Below, piece after piece: positions 7,397 through 16,694 of a stretch of 37,653 bases of DNA. Made by a program: the position numbers and the translations under genes. Positions within the stretch are counted from its first letter, which is position 1. The number at the start of each line of letters is the position of its first letter. The stretch is from a virus (lineage: Duplodnaviria; Caudoviricetes): positions 1 to 37,653 of IMG/VR virus record IMGVR_UViG_3300045801_000024; one strand, given 5' to 3'. The notes under the pieces were generated by a model. The model was given only the letters and a program-made list of their open reading frames with translations, made no database searches and was not told the DNA's origin.

Positions 7397-8846
7397 CCTA
7401 TATAAGGAATACCTTTCAAAGGTAGTGCTAGCAAAGCAGAGAGGATCGTTTGATGTCTCAGCAATCGCATTTAGACAACAGAGTGACTTCATATCTGATG
7501 GAGCTCGACTCAAAGCTCTCTTCTGTACAAGAAGAGCTGCAAAAAGCTATACCGGTGGCCTGTATCTCATACGAGAAGCTTTATCAAATCCGGGGAGTAA
7601 TTGCCTATACATCGGTCTTACTCGACAATCTGCTCATGGAATCATTTGGAAAGACATCCTCAGAGACCTAGACCTAAAGTATAAGCTTAATATCAAGTTC
7701 AATGAGACAATGCTCACTGCGACCCTTCCTAACGGCTCGGTCATCTGGGTTACAGGAGCCGATACAGATGAGTCAGAGATGAACAAACTCCTTGGAAGGA
7801 AATATAAGCTTGTCATTCTCGATGAAGCGTCAATGTTCTCAGTCAACATGCACCAGCTGGTTTACGGTGTACTCAAGCCCGCCACCGCCGATCAACGCGG
7901 GACCATTTGTCTGCTGGGCACATCATCCAACATCACCCGTGGCCTCTTCTATGACATCACCACCGGCAAAGAAGCAGGATGGTCACTTCATCAATGGACA
8001 GCCCATGACAACCCCCATGTTGCGACGCAATGGCAGGAAGAGCTTGAAGACATTGCAAAGAATCGCCCGCTCTTTATGGAAACAGCACTCTTTAAACAAT
8101 GGTATTTAAACAAGTGGACAATTTCTGAAGACGCCTTGGTCTATAAGTACAAAGAAGGAATCAATGATGCTCACTACTTGCCAAATCTTGTTAGCCCGTA
8201 TCGCTATGTTCTTGGTATTGATCTCGGGCATAGTCCGGATCCTTCTGCGTTTGTAGTAGGTGCTTACAATGAAGAGAGCCCAACAATTTATATTGTACAT
8301 GCAGAGCAACATCTTAAAATGGATATCACCGCTGTCTCTGAGAAGATTGCCGAACTAGATTTAAAATACAGCTTTGATGCAAGAATTATTGATGGCTCCA
8401 TGAAGATGGCGATTGAAGAAATGAACACACGACATGGGATGAGGGTTATCCCAGCAGACAAAGGTGGGAAAGAGCACTGGATCAATCTATTCAATTCAGA
8501 GTTTGTCCAAGGACGAGTTAAGTTATTGCCAGCAGCCAAAGACTTAAGAGATGAATACAATGCTTTGGTTTGGTGTACAGACAATGGGCTCATTAAGATC
8601 CCCCGCAAAGAACATCCAAATCTTGCGAATCATTGCGCCGATGCTGCTTTATACATGCTCCGTTACACCCATTCATATCTTTATCAGCCAAAAACAAGAG
8701 ATCCGGATCCATTCAGCCAAGCGGTATGGGAAAAGGCTCATATGGAGCGATTGGTGGCTGAGGCAAAGCGAGAAGCTAACCCTCACTCATTAGAACTAGA
8801 ATACGACCAAGATCTATTCTCTTTTGAATTGGATGATGGTATTTAA
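7380..8846 (+). CDS. terL: Terminase large subunit
   Basis: Q motif, Walker A variant TRRAAKS, Walker B LVILDEA, nuclease GIDLG...D and NHCADA. Confidence 0.92.
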   Translation: MSQANDLYKEYLSKVVLAKQRGSFDVSAIAFRQQSDFISDGARLKALFCTRRAAKSYTGGLYLIREALSNPGSNCLYIGLTRQSAHGIIWKDILRDLDLKYKLNIKFNETMLTATLPNGSVIWVTGADTDESEMNKLLGRKYKLVILDEASMFSVNMHQLVYGVLKPATADQRGTICLLGTSSNITRGLFYDITTGKEAGWSLHQWTAHDNPHVATQWQEELEDIAKNRPLFMETALFKQWYLNKWTISEDALVYKYKEGINDAHYLPNLVSPYRYVLGIDLGHSPDPSAFVVGAYNEESPTIYIVHAEQHLKMDITAVSEKIAELDLKYSFDARIIDGSMKMAIEEMNTRHGMRVIPADKGGKEHWINLFNSEFVQGRVKLLPAAKDLRDEYNALVWCTDNGLIKIPRKEHPNLANHCADAALYMLRYTHSYLYQPKTRDPDPFSQAVWEKAHMERLVAEAKREANPHSLELEYDQDLFSFELDDGI

Positions 8847-8911
8847 ATACCAGGCGAAACAACTCTCAAATCTAATTGACCAAGCAACCTAAATAGTTCA
8901 CTTATTATAGA

Positions 8912-9091
8912 ATGACCGATGAACTTGCAAAGCTTCTTGAGGCAATAGAGCTCGCTCTTTGGACGTGGTCTCATTACATGCCGACTCATGGCAATTCACG
9001 CATAGGTCACATGAAGGCTAGAAGTGAGTTGAGGTCTGCAATGGCAGCTTACAAGGCTAAGTTAAAGTCAGAATCTAATGAACCAACTTAA
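8912..9091 (+). CDS. Hypothetical protein, 59 aa (not in ORF track)
   Basis: ATG8912 MTDELAKLLEAIELALWTWSH...SNEPT* TAA9091; preceded by AT-rich sequence with TTGACC at 8876. Confidence 0.5.
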   Translation: MTDELAKLLEAIELALWTWSHYMPTHGNSRIGHMKARSELRSAMAAYKAKLKSESNEPT

Positions 9092-9102
9092 AGGAGCAGG
9101 TA

Positions 9103-9204
9103 ATGTCTCAACTGGCAGACCCAGAAATCCGGCGACATCAAGAAATTGTGGCGCTATTAGAACAAATCATCGCATTGCTCAAGGCGGAAGGTGGGGAGAA
9201 GTGA
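9103..9204 (+). CDS. Small helical peptide, 33 aa
   Basis: AAGGAG RBS; MSQLADPEIRRHQEIVALLEQIIALLKAEGGEK*; GTGA overlap with the next gene. Confidence 0.5.
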   Translation: MSQLADPEIRRHQEIVALLEQIIALLKAEGGEK

Positions 9205-9437
9205 AACTGCAGGAGGATAAGCTAAACGTGAAATGTCCTGTCTGTGAAGCCTCGATGGAGTTTTGGCCAACAGAGGGATGGACTTGTTGTGTAAACTGTG
9301 GGGCTGGAGTTTGGTTAAAGCTTGTTCCGATTGAATGGCAAATAGAGACTGAGCACTATCCTAAAGGCGACAATGATTATCGGTATCCGAAAGCTAAACA
9401 TCCAGAATTACTCATTAAATACCGAGAATCCAAATGA
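9201..9437 (+). CDS. Zinc-ribbon protein
   Basis: CPVC...CVNCG; GTG9201 (or 9228) preferred over ATG9078. Confidence 0.6.
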   Translation: MKLQEDKLNVKCPVCEASMEFWPTEGWTCCVNCGAGVWLKLVPIEWQIETEHYPKGDNDYRYPKAKHPELLIKYRESK

Positions 9438-9757
9438 CAGACCTCACCCGCTACCTTTAGGAGATTGAGAACCGCGCAAATGATGCGCATGAAGAGATCT
9501 GTAATCTCGCGGCTGGACGTCGCAAATGGCAGATGTGCATACCGCCTCAACCGATGGATTCCGACTTGACGTTGCAAGCGCCGCTCGACGACCTCTACCG
9601 GCTGATCGAGATTGTGCGGCGACAATCGCGCTTCATCGAGCATATAGCGAATGGCCATTACGAAGGTTGCGCCGGAAACTATGCCAAGATAGCTGGCGCA
9701 CGCGAAGCCCAAGCCGCTGTCGCAAAGATTGTGCTTGAAACTCAAACAAAGGAATAA
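9434..9757 (+). pseudogene. Hypothetical phage gene interrupted by in-frame TAG at codon 9
   Basis: ATGA-coupled ATG9434 MTDLTRYL*(9458-9460)EIENRANDAHEEICNLAAGRRKWQMCIPPQP... continues in frame into the 9533-9757 ORF. Confidence 0.6.
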
Positions 9758-9759
9758 AC

Positions 9760-9849
9760 ATGCAATACGTTAACGGCTTTTTATTCGGCGCAGGCTTTAT
9801 GACAGCGGTGGTGATTTTCCGGGTCGTTTTGCACGTGTCTTTGGTGTGA
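9760..9849 (+). CDS. Small single-TM peptide, 29 aa
   Basis: AAAGGA RBS; MQYVNGFLFGAGFMTAVVIFRVVLHVSLV*. Confidence 0.5.
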   Translation: MQYVNGFLFGAGFMTAVVIFRVVLHVSLV

Positions 9850-9850
9850 A

Positions 9851-10447
9851 ATGATCGCATATCACGGCAAACAAGAGACAAAAGATTTTTACATCAGCCG
9901 CGTTCGCAAGCATCGAGAGCTAGACAATTTGATTCAGGGTCAGGGTTGGACAGACGAGGGAAAGGGTTGCGCGGTTGGGTGCACTCTAGAGAATTATAAC
10001 CACAAGCAATACGAAATGGAACTAGGGATACCTGAATGGCTTGCGCAACTTGAAGACACAATTTTCGAGGGGCTCGATAAAGAACAAGCTATGCTTTGGC
10101 CTGAGCGATTCCTTGCTGCTATTGCGCCGGGCGCTGATTTAGACAAGGTCAAGACGCCATTCATAATCCTGGTTCTTGAACGAAACGTCGAAACTCTGGA
10201 CGCATTGCCGGATATGAGCGCACATTCGGCCGTACAAAAAGCGATTGCGGGGAGCCGCTCTGCGGTTGTCGAGATGATTCGTTGCCACATGGAAGGCGTA
10301 GATTTAACAGCAGCGGAGTCAGCAGCGCGGTCAGCAGAGTGGTCAGCAACGTGGTCAGCGTGGTCAGCAGCGCGGTCAGCAGCGGAGTCAGCAGCGCGGT
10401 CCTATTTCGCCGACGAACTCATTAAGTTGCTTGAGGCGTGCGAATGA
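9851..10447 (+). CDS. Hypothetical phage protein with SAA[RWE] repeats
   Basis: GCAVGCTL...YE.ELGIPEWLA.LED.IFEGL motif; C-terminal Ala/Ser repeat. Confidence 0.8.
   Translation: MIAYHGKQETKDFYISRVRKHRELDNLIQGQGWTDEGKGCAVGCTLENYNHKQYEMELGIPEWLAQLEDTIFEGLDKEQAMLWPERFLAAIAPGADLDKVKTPFIILVLERNVETLDALPDMSAHSAVQKAIAGSRSAVVEMIRCHMEGVDLTAAESAARSAEWSATWSAWSAARSAAESAARSYFADELIKLLEACE
10308..10401 (+). repeat. Degenerate 12-bp (and 9-bp) tandem repeat TCAGCAGCG(C/G/T)GG encoding SAAR/SAAE/SAW
   Basis: Read directly from sequence. Confidence 0.85.
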
Positions 10448-10917
10448 GCATCACAGACAAGGACCGCGCCGCTGCCGAGGCAAAGGGAAAAGAGCTATTT
10501 GGCGATTCACACTTTCCTTTGCAAGGAATGGTTGCTGAGGTTTTTCTCGCAGGCATAAGCCACGAGCGCCAAGCGGCGAAGGCGGAGATTGAGGAATTAA
10601 ATAAGCGCGGCTTTGATGCTTGCCATGACTATGAGAAACAGCTTGAAGCGGCGAGGGCGGAGATTACGCACTGGAAAAACCAGTATGGAATGCTTGACGC
10701 GACCAACAATGCGAGTATTCGAATTTTAAAAGAGGCGCTCCAAGCAGAAAAAGCGCGCCATGCTAAGGAAGTGAAAGTGCTGGTCGAGGCTTTGGAAAGT
10801 ATAGCTTGTTGGCACCTATCAGAAGATAAAATTAAAGCATGCGGAGGCGATGAGGTCTTAGCAGATACTCAAATAGCGCGCGACGCGCTCGCGAAATATA
10901 AAGGTGGGGTTGAGTGA
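10444..10917 (+). CDS. Hypothetical coiled-coil protein
   Basis: ATGA-coupled start; LVEALE.I...AR.AL C-terminus typical of phage accessory ORFs. Confidence 0.7.
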   Translation: MSITDKDRAAAEAKGKELFGDSHFPLQGMVAEVFLAGISHERQAAKAEIEELNKRGFDACHDYEKQLEAARAEITHWKNQYGMLDATNNASIRILKEALQAEKARHAKEVKVLVEALESIACWHLSEDKIKACGGDEVLADTQIARDALAKYKGGVE

Positions 10918-11375
10918 TTGCGGCCCTCTTTGTATTGACGAATGGAATTTACTTTAGCGATGCCTTTGACCCGTGGGATGAACTCCGCGATGCCCGCAAA
11001 TACAAAGGGCCTTACAAAGTTATTGCCCACCCACCATGTGAACGCTGGGGAAGGTATTGGGGCGGTGGTCCTATGATTCATGGAACACCAAAGCAACGTC
11101 TACTTGGTGATGATAACGGTTGCTTTTCTCATGCGCTTTGGTCAGTTCGCACATTCGGCGGAGTACTTGAGCATCCCGAAGCCTCACATGCTTTTACGTT
11201 TTACGGTTTACAAAAACCTTCAATGAAGGGCGGCTGGACCGCGCCAGATAAATTTGGCGGTAGGTCTTGTTGCGTGGCTCGCCTGATTAAGACTGGGCGC
11301 TGTCAGCGTTTGTCTAGCCGTCAACGCAAAGAGACGCCAATTGAGTTTAGGGATTTACTGTGGTCGCTCCTATGA
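10914..11375 (+). CDS. C5-cytosine methyltransferase-like protein, probably internally deleted
   Basis: IAHPPC (motif IV-like), VLEHP (motif VI-like) and TPIEF C-terminus; only 153 aa. Confidence 0.5.
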   Translation: MIAALFVLTNGIYFSDAFDPWDELRDARKYKGPYKVIAHPPCERWGRYWGGGPMIHGTPKQRLLGDDNGCFSHALWSVRTFGGVLEHPEASHAFTFYGLQKPSMKGGWTAPDKFGGRSCCVARLIKTGRCQRLSSRQRKETPIEFRDLLWSLL

Positions 11376-11431
11376 CCAACCTCGAAACCTTCATCGCCAA
11401 GGCCGACAAGATCGCGGGACGGCGGGGGTGA
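11372..11431 (+). CDS. 19-aa mini-ORF / gene remnant
   Basis: MTNLETFIAKADKIAGRRG*; ATGA overlap upstream and GTGA overlap downstream. Confidence 0.4.
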   Translation: MTNLETFIAKADKIAGRRG

Positions 11432-11871
11432 CTCTTCAAGAATTCCTGACCAACACCTACTCATTAACTCCGCTCGAGGCAGAGGTTGCGGTGTTGATGT
11501 ATGAAGGGCAGAGGTATAAGGAGATCATGCCAAGTCTAGGTCTTGGCATTGGCAAAATGAGCTCTATAACCGAGAGCATCTATGCGAAGGTTGGGCTTGG
11601 AATCAAGCAGCGCGTGCAAAAGCGTGGTATGTTCTTAAGGAAGATTGCAGATGCATGGATGGGACAGAGAATGAACAGCAAAGAGTTTTATGCATTGATT
11701 GGCCACAATATGCGGGCCAATCGCAAGAGACTAGGCCTTAGCCAAACAATGTTATGTAAAAAGCTTAACAAGGCGAACTCCTATATATCTGAAGTTGAGA
11801 GCGGTAAGCGTGCTGTCTCTGGCTTCTTTATTTATCAAGTCGAGCAGGTTATAGGACGAATCCTCCCTTAG
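11428..11871 (+). CDS. Tandem LuxR-type HTH + XRE/Cro HTH transcription regulator
   Basis: LTPLEAEVAVLMYEGQRYKEI...SIYAKVG (LuxR-like); MRANRKRLGLSQTML...SYISEVESGKR (XRE). Confidence 0.75.
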   Translation: MTLQEFLTNTYSLTPLEAEVAVLMYEGQRYKEIMPSLGLGIGKMSSITESIYAKVGLGIKQRVQKRGMFLRKIADAWMGQRMNSKEFYALIGHNMRANRKRLGLSQTMLCKKLNKANSYISEVESGKRAVSGFFIYQVEQVIGRILP

Positions 11872-11889
11872 CACCATTTTAGCTCCTAT

Positions 11890-12180
11890 GTGGACATCCC
11901 CAAGCACCTCAAAGACTTACTGCCTATTTTAGCAGCTTACCGAGTTGCATCATTTGAGTTTGATGGGCTTAAACTAACGTTCCACGTGGAACAAGTTAGC
12001 ACTTTAGCTACCAAAGACCATACGATTGAGATTCCAGCAGATGAGTCGATGCTCCCTCCTGATCTCCGAACTGACAACATCACCAGTGCTGACACGATCC
12101 TTCATTGGTCTGGATCCCCTGACTTTGGAGAAGAGTCGCAGCTTCCCTTAACTGGCGACGCTCCATTGGACAATCTATGA
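11890..12180 (+). CDS. Hypothetical protein upstream of portal
   Basis: 96-aa ORF. Confidence 0.65.
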   Translation: MDIPKHLKDLLPILAAYRVASFEFDGLKLTFHVEQVSTLATKDHTIEIPADESMLPPDLRTDNITSADTILHWSGSPDFGEESQLPLTGDAPLDNL

Positions 12181-12350
12181 ATAAGGAACTCCAGGAATGG
12201 GTTAAGGCCGAATTCACAGACCAGCAGATCAATGAACTTGCGGAATGGTTCCAGGACCTTCGTATAGAACAAGCATTCTTCTTAAAAGAATCCTACGAGG
12301 CGATGCTAAAGCAATGCGCCAGAGAGTGTGACCATACCTATGTCCACTAA
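12177..12350 (+). CDS. Hypothetical protein, 57 aa (not in ORF track)
   Basis: ATGA-coupled; MNKELQEWVKAEFTDQQINELAEWFQ...DHTYVH*. Confidence 0.55.
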   Translation: MNKELQEWVKAEFTDQQINELAEWFQDLRIEQAFFLKESYEAMLKQCARECDHTYVH

Positions 12351-14262
12351 CGAAATCCCATCAGTTGATTTTTCTGACTTTAGCGAGGCTGGAGAGAAGA
12401 AGAAGAAGAAGTCCAAGCTGAATGCTTCGGGCGTTAGATGGTGGCTTGCCGATGAAGCACTTCTTCCCGGTGCAGTTATGTCTCAAGTCTCTGCGATCAT
12501 TAATGCAGATCGCGGGCGGATTGAGGGTTACAATACCTTTGCCAAGCTTTATGGGACATGGACGCCGACCATGTGGAACGGTTACCAGCTTGCGTCTTCT
12601 GGTCGCCCTACGGCTCCAATGCGGGACCGATTGACCTATAATATTGTCCAGTCTTGCATCGACACTCTGACTGCAAGGATCTCCCAGAACAAACCAAAGC
12701 CTATGTTTCTAACCTCTGGAGGCGATTCAAAGCTTCAGCGAAAGGCTAAGAAGTTAGATTCTTTCGCGTATGGCTTATTTTATGAGAATAACCTCTATAA
12801 AAAAGGCCCGAAAGGCTTAAGAGACGGCTTTGTTTTTGGAGAAGGGATCATTCATCCCTATTCGGAGGCCGGCCGCGTTAAGTTTGAGCGCGTTTTTCCC
12901 TATGAGATCTTGATGGACTACCTCGAGGGTCATTATGGGGAAGAATCAGTTAAGAGCATGTTTAGGATTAAGAACATTGACCGCTCTGAGTTGCTAGAGC
13001 TCTATCCTGACCAAGCCGATAGCATTTTAAAGATGACTGGAACGAGCATTTACTTGCAGGCGGCTAGTAAGTCAGTCTCAGACACAGTGACTGTGGTCGA
13101 GGCTTGGCGTTTGCCAGTTGGTTCTAAGCAAGGCCGACATGTTATTGTGACTGATAACTCAATTCTTCATGATGAAGACTACGAAGATGAGTTCTTTCCC
13201 TTCGCGATCTATCGTTTCTCTGACAGACTTTACGGGCCCTACGCTCAAGGGATGGCAGAACAGCTAGTTCCAGCCCAGATTGAGATCAATCGCACACTAA
13301 TTAGCATTCAGCGCAGTCTTTATCTTGGTGGAACTCATAAGATCTTCGTCAAAGCTGGTTCGAAGGTGATTAAAAGTCACTTTGATAACATGATCGGAAC
13401 GATTCTAGAATGGTCCGGCGACACCCCTCCTGCTTATGTGACTCCACAACTTGTGCAAGCTGAGATTTACTCTCACTTAGAGAGCATGAAACAGTCTGCG
13501 TATCAATTGGTCGGTGTGAGCCAGCTCTCAGCGTCCAACTTAAAGCCTCAGGGCGTCGATTCTGGACGCGCATTGAGGGCTGTAGATGATGTTCAAGTCC
13601 AACGGCAACAGCCTGTAGCTCAAGGATATGAGCAGTTCTATATGGACATGAGCCGGATTGCGATCTCTGTAGCAAGACGGACCTATGAGAAGCATGGCAA
13701 GTTCTCTGTGAAGGTTCCCGGCAAGCGATTCATTGAAGAGATCAATTGGAAGGATGTAGACCTAGACAATGATGAGTTCTCTCTTCAGGTCTACCCTGTC
13801 TCGAAGCTCCCCAATGATCCTGAAGGCCGCTTAGCTACGATTCAAGAAATGATGCAGTCAGGCCTTGTTTCTCCTGAAGTCGGCAGGCGTTTGCTCGACT
13901 ACCCGGACTTAGATGGTGAAGAGGCTTTGGCCAATTCTTCGCTCGATTATTTAAACAAGATTCTCGATGACATGGTTGAGGGTGGGGAGTTCACCGCTCC
14001 TGAGCCTTTTGATGACCTGGTCCAGGCAAGGAAGCTTGCGCTTGAGTTCTATGCTAGAGCCAAGTTCAACAAGATTGCAGAAGATCGCCTAGAGATGCTT
14101 CGCAGATTCATTAAGCAGATTGACACACTGACTCAGCCCGCACCGCCTCCAGTTCCAGGAATGCCGCAAGTCGGTGGCGCTGGAGCAGTCCCTCAGGCTC
14201 AGCCCACCGCTCCTCCCACTAGCAATTTGATCCCGAATGTAGCTGGCCCGGTAGCTAGTTAA
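12328..14262 (+). CDS. Portal protein
   Basis: 644 aa after TerL and before scaffold/MCP; YNIVQSCIDT..A.I...KP motif, FPF, SGRAL; Pro-rich C-terminal tail (podovirus-type portal). Confidence 0.85.
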   Translation: MTIPMSTNEIPSVDFSDFSEAGEKKKKKSKLNASGVRWWLADEALLPGAVMSQVSAIINADRGRIEGYNTFAKLYGTWTPTMWNGYQLASSGRPTAPMRDRLTYNIVQSCIDTLTARISQNKPKPMFLTSGGDSKLQRKAKKLDSFAYGLFYENNLYKKGPKGLRDGFVFGEGIIHPYSEAGRVKFERVFPYEILMDYLEGHYGEESVKSMFRIKNIDRSELLELYPDQADSILKMTGTSIYLQAASKSVSDTVTVVEAWRLPVGSKQGRHVIVTDNSILHDEDYEDEFFPFAIYRFSDRLYGPYAQGMAEQLVPAQIEINRTLISIQRSLYLGGTHKIFVKAGSKVIKSHFDNMIGTILEWSGDTPPAYVTPQLVQAEIYSHLESMKQSAYQLVGVSQLSASNLKPQGVDSGRALRAVDDVQVQRQQPVAQGYEQFYMDMSRIAISVARRTYEKHGKFSVKVPGKRFIEEINWKDVDLDNDEFSLQVYPVSKLPNDPEGRLATIQEMMQSGLVSPEVGRRLLDYPDLDGEEALANSSLDYLNKILDDMVEGGEFTAPEPFDDLVQARKLALEFYARAKFNKIAEDRLEMLRRFIKQIDTLTQPAPPPVPGMPQVGGAGAVPQAQPTAPPTSNLIPNVAGPVAS

Positions 14263-14282
14263 ACACCAAAAAGGAAGTAGAT

Positions 14283-15125
14283 ATGAGTGAAGCAGTTCAA
14301 GCGATAACAGAGCAGATGTCGGCACCACCGCCGGCCGATCCCGCAGCAGCGGCTCCTGCAGCACCTAAGGCCGATGACCGCGTGTCGTCCAAGATGGAAG
14401 TGCTCATCCGACGCGAGCAAGCGGCACTCCAGAGCGAGCGTAGGGCTAAAGAGCAGCTCACTCAGTCTCAGACAATGTTAGAGAAGATTAAAGAATTTGA
14501 ATCAGCAAAGGCCAATCCTAAAAAAGCTCTTGAGCTTCTTGGTCTCAACTATGATGAGCTCACCAAGAGCCTTTTAGCCGATGGAACGATTCCTCCGGAA
14601 GTTGAGATAAAGAAACTTAAAGATGAGTTCGGCGCTTACAAGCAAACCCAAGAAGAAGCTGAGCGCAAACGGTTAGAGGATTTAAAAAAACAAGCCCTTG
14701 ACCAAGAGACGCAAGCTGTCACTAATTTTAAAAGCGAGATCAACACCTACATCAATGACAATGCATCAAGGTATGAGCTGACTATCTTTGATGGGCACAT
14801 TGATGAAGTTTTTGATCTGATTGATAAGCACTTTGACCGATCTGGGAAAGTGATGAAAATCGCAGAAGCAGCAGACAAGATCGAAGAGTTTTATGAGAAG
14901 CGGGAAGTCGAGAGAAAGAAATTAGCCAAGATCCAATCTCTTTGGGGTGCCGTACCTAAGGGGACTTTAGCTCAAGCGGTTAAGCAGGAAAAAACTCCCA
15001 GTCAGAAGCCAGAGACACTCACCAACAACATGTCTGCAACACCATCTAAACTTGGCTCGCGTCCTTCAGAGGATCGAAGAGTTCAAGAGATTGTTGCTCA
15101 ATTTATGGCTTCTAAAAGGAGATAA
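14283..15125 (+). CDS. Capsid scaffolding protein
   Basis: Charged helical protein with Pro/Ala N-terminus, between portal and MCP. Confidence 0.7.
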   Translation: MSEAVQAITEQMSAPPPADPAAAAPAAPKADDRVSSKMEVLIRREQAALQSERRAKEQLTQSQTMLEKIKEFESAKANPKKALELLGLNYDELTKSLLADGTIPPEVEIKKLKDEFGAYKQTQEEAERKRLEDLKKQALDQETQAVTNFKSEINTYINDNASRYELTIFDGHIDEVFDLIDKHFDRSGKVMKIAEAADKIEEFYEKREVERKKLAKIQSLWGAVPKGTLAQAVKQEKTPSQKPETLTNNMSATPSKLGSRPSEDRRVQEIVAQFMASKRR

Positions 15126-15128
15126 CAA

Positions 15129-16568
15129 ATGGCAGTCGCTTCGTTCGTAGGTAGTTACGCTGAAGGCAATGGTTCAGTTGCCAATGGCGCATTTACCCCT
15201 AATACTTCTGGTGCTCTTGGCATGCAAGAGATCGCAGGGATCCTTAAACAGGTCTATGACGGTCAAAAACTTGCTAAGCTTTATTACACAAACAATCCTG
15301 CTTATGCGATGTTCCGCAAAAAAACGGATTTCTATGGTGAGACATATCCTCTGCCCACCATTTATGAAACTCCCTCTGGTATTGCCAACATCTTTGCTAA
15401 CGCTCAGTTGGTGAATCAGTTAGCAAACGCTGGAACCGGCACTGCTGGTAACCAAGGTCCTGCAAAGTTCATCAAGTTCATGCTCACTCGCGCAAGCCTC
15501 TATGGCGTTCATGTCATTGATCGCCAAGCCATGCTCGCAGCAAGCCAAAACATCGGCGCCTTCGTGAATGGTCAAATGGCCACCATGGACGCAATGATTC
15601 AAGGTGTTGCTAACTTGGCTTCGCAACAGCTTTATCGCTCTGGTTCTGGCTCCATTGGTCAGATCAGCACGATTGGCTCTGGCGCTGCGACTAACGGTAT
15701 CGTTACCTTGGTTAACCCTACCGATGCTCGTTACTTCACTGTAGGCCAAGTTTGTATCGCCACGTCGGTTGACCCGGTTGCCGGTTCAAACCCGACTCAG
15801 CGTGCAGGTTGGGGTTTTGTACAGTCGATCAATCGCTCCAAAGGAACTGTGACCTTTGGCGACGCGACTTCTGCAAGTCCTTCGACAACTCCTCAAAGTC
15901 CTACCGCTTGGACTGCTAACGATTTCATCGCGATTAACGGAACCAGCCCGCTCAACGGACCGACAATCGCGGGTGCTTTGGCTCCTGTTGCATTGACTGG
16001 AATCGCTGCTTGGATTGGCCAATCGCAAAACATCAGCTCTTCTGATGTGTTCTTTGGTGTGAATCGCAGCCCGGATCCCTGGCGTTTGGCTGGTGGCTTT
16101 TATGATGGTTCACAAAATGGTCAATCTGTTGAGGAGGCTCTTTATGACGCTTCCACTCAGTTGTTCATGGAAGGTGGATATCCGAGCCATGCATTCGTAG
16201 GCCCGAACGCTTATGCAGCTTTGCAAAAAGCCATGGCTGCTCGCAACATCTATGAGACCAAGATTGAGGCTCAAATGGATGAAGCTGGCGATCTGCCGAT
16301 TTACTTCAAAGGTATCACCATCCAAGGTGCTGGCTCGAGCTTTACGGTTATCGCTGATCGTAACTGCCCGCCCTACACCGCTTATCTCTTGAGCATGGAA
16401 GACTGGGCTCTTTATAGCCTTAAAGAATTCCCTCACGTGATTGATGACGATGGTGTGAGCTTCCTTCGCCAAGCAACCGCCGATGCATTCGAATTCCGCA
16501 TGGCTGGTTACGGGCAAGTCGGGTGTTCTGCTCCTGGTAAATCGCTGTACTGCAAGTTGTCTGTTTAA
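15129..16568 (+). CDS. Major capsid protein
   Basis: 479 aa; strong AAGGAG RBS; ILKQVY N-arm, DRNCP and C-terminal EFR...YGQ..C..PG; followed by hairpins. Confidence 0.82.
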   Translation: MAVASFVGSYAEGNGSVANGAFTPNTSGALGMQEIAGILKQVYDGQKLAKLYYTNNPAYAMFRKKTDFYGETYPLPTIYETPSGIANIFANAQLVNQLANAGTGTAGNQGPAKFIKFMLTRASLYGVHVIDRQAMLAASQNIGAFVNGQMATMDAMIQGVANLASQQLYRSGSGSIGQISTIGSGAATNGIVTLVNPTDARYFTVGQVCIATSVDPVAGSNPTQRAGWGFVQSINRSKGTVTFGDATSASPSTTPQSPTAWTANDFIAINGTSPLNGPTIAGALAPVALTGIAAWIGQSQNISSSDVFFGVNRSPDPWRLAGGFYDGSQNGQSVEEALYDASTQLFMEGGYPSHAFVGPNAYAALQKAMAARNIYETKIEAQMDEAGDLPIYFKGITIQGAGSSFTVIADRNCPPYTAYLLSMEDWALYSLKEFPHVIDDDGVSFLRQATADAFEFRMAGYGQVGCSAPGKSLYCKLSV

Positions 16569-16582
16569 TAGTTAACGTCTTT

Positions 16583-16620
16583 TGAAGAGTTGGGGGGTTT
16601 TCCCCTGACTCTTCCTCTTT
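16583..16620 (+). terminator. Stem-loop after MCP (putative intrinsic terminator)
   Basis: GAAGAGTTGGGG(16583-94)/CCCCTGACTCTTC(16602-14) followed by CTCTTT. Confidence 0.55.
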
Positions 16621-16694
16621 CCGCGTGGTTTGCCTGAAAGAGTAACATACCAAACCTCCAAGCATTGCTTGGTATATAAAAAGGGATTAATAAA

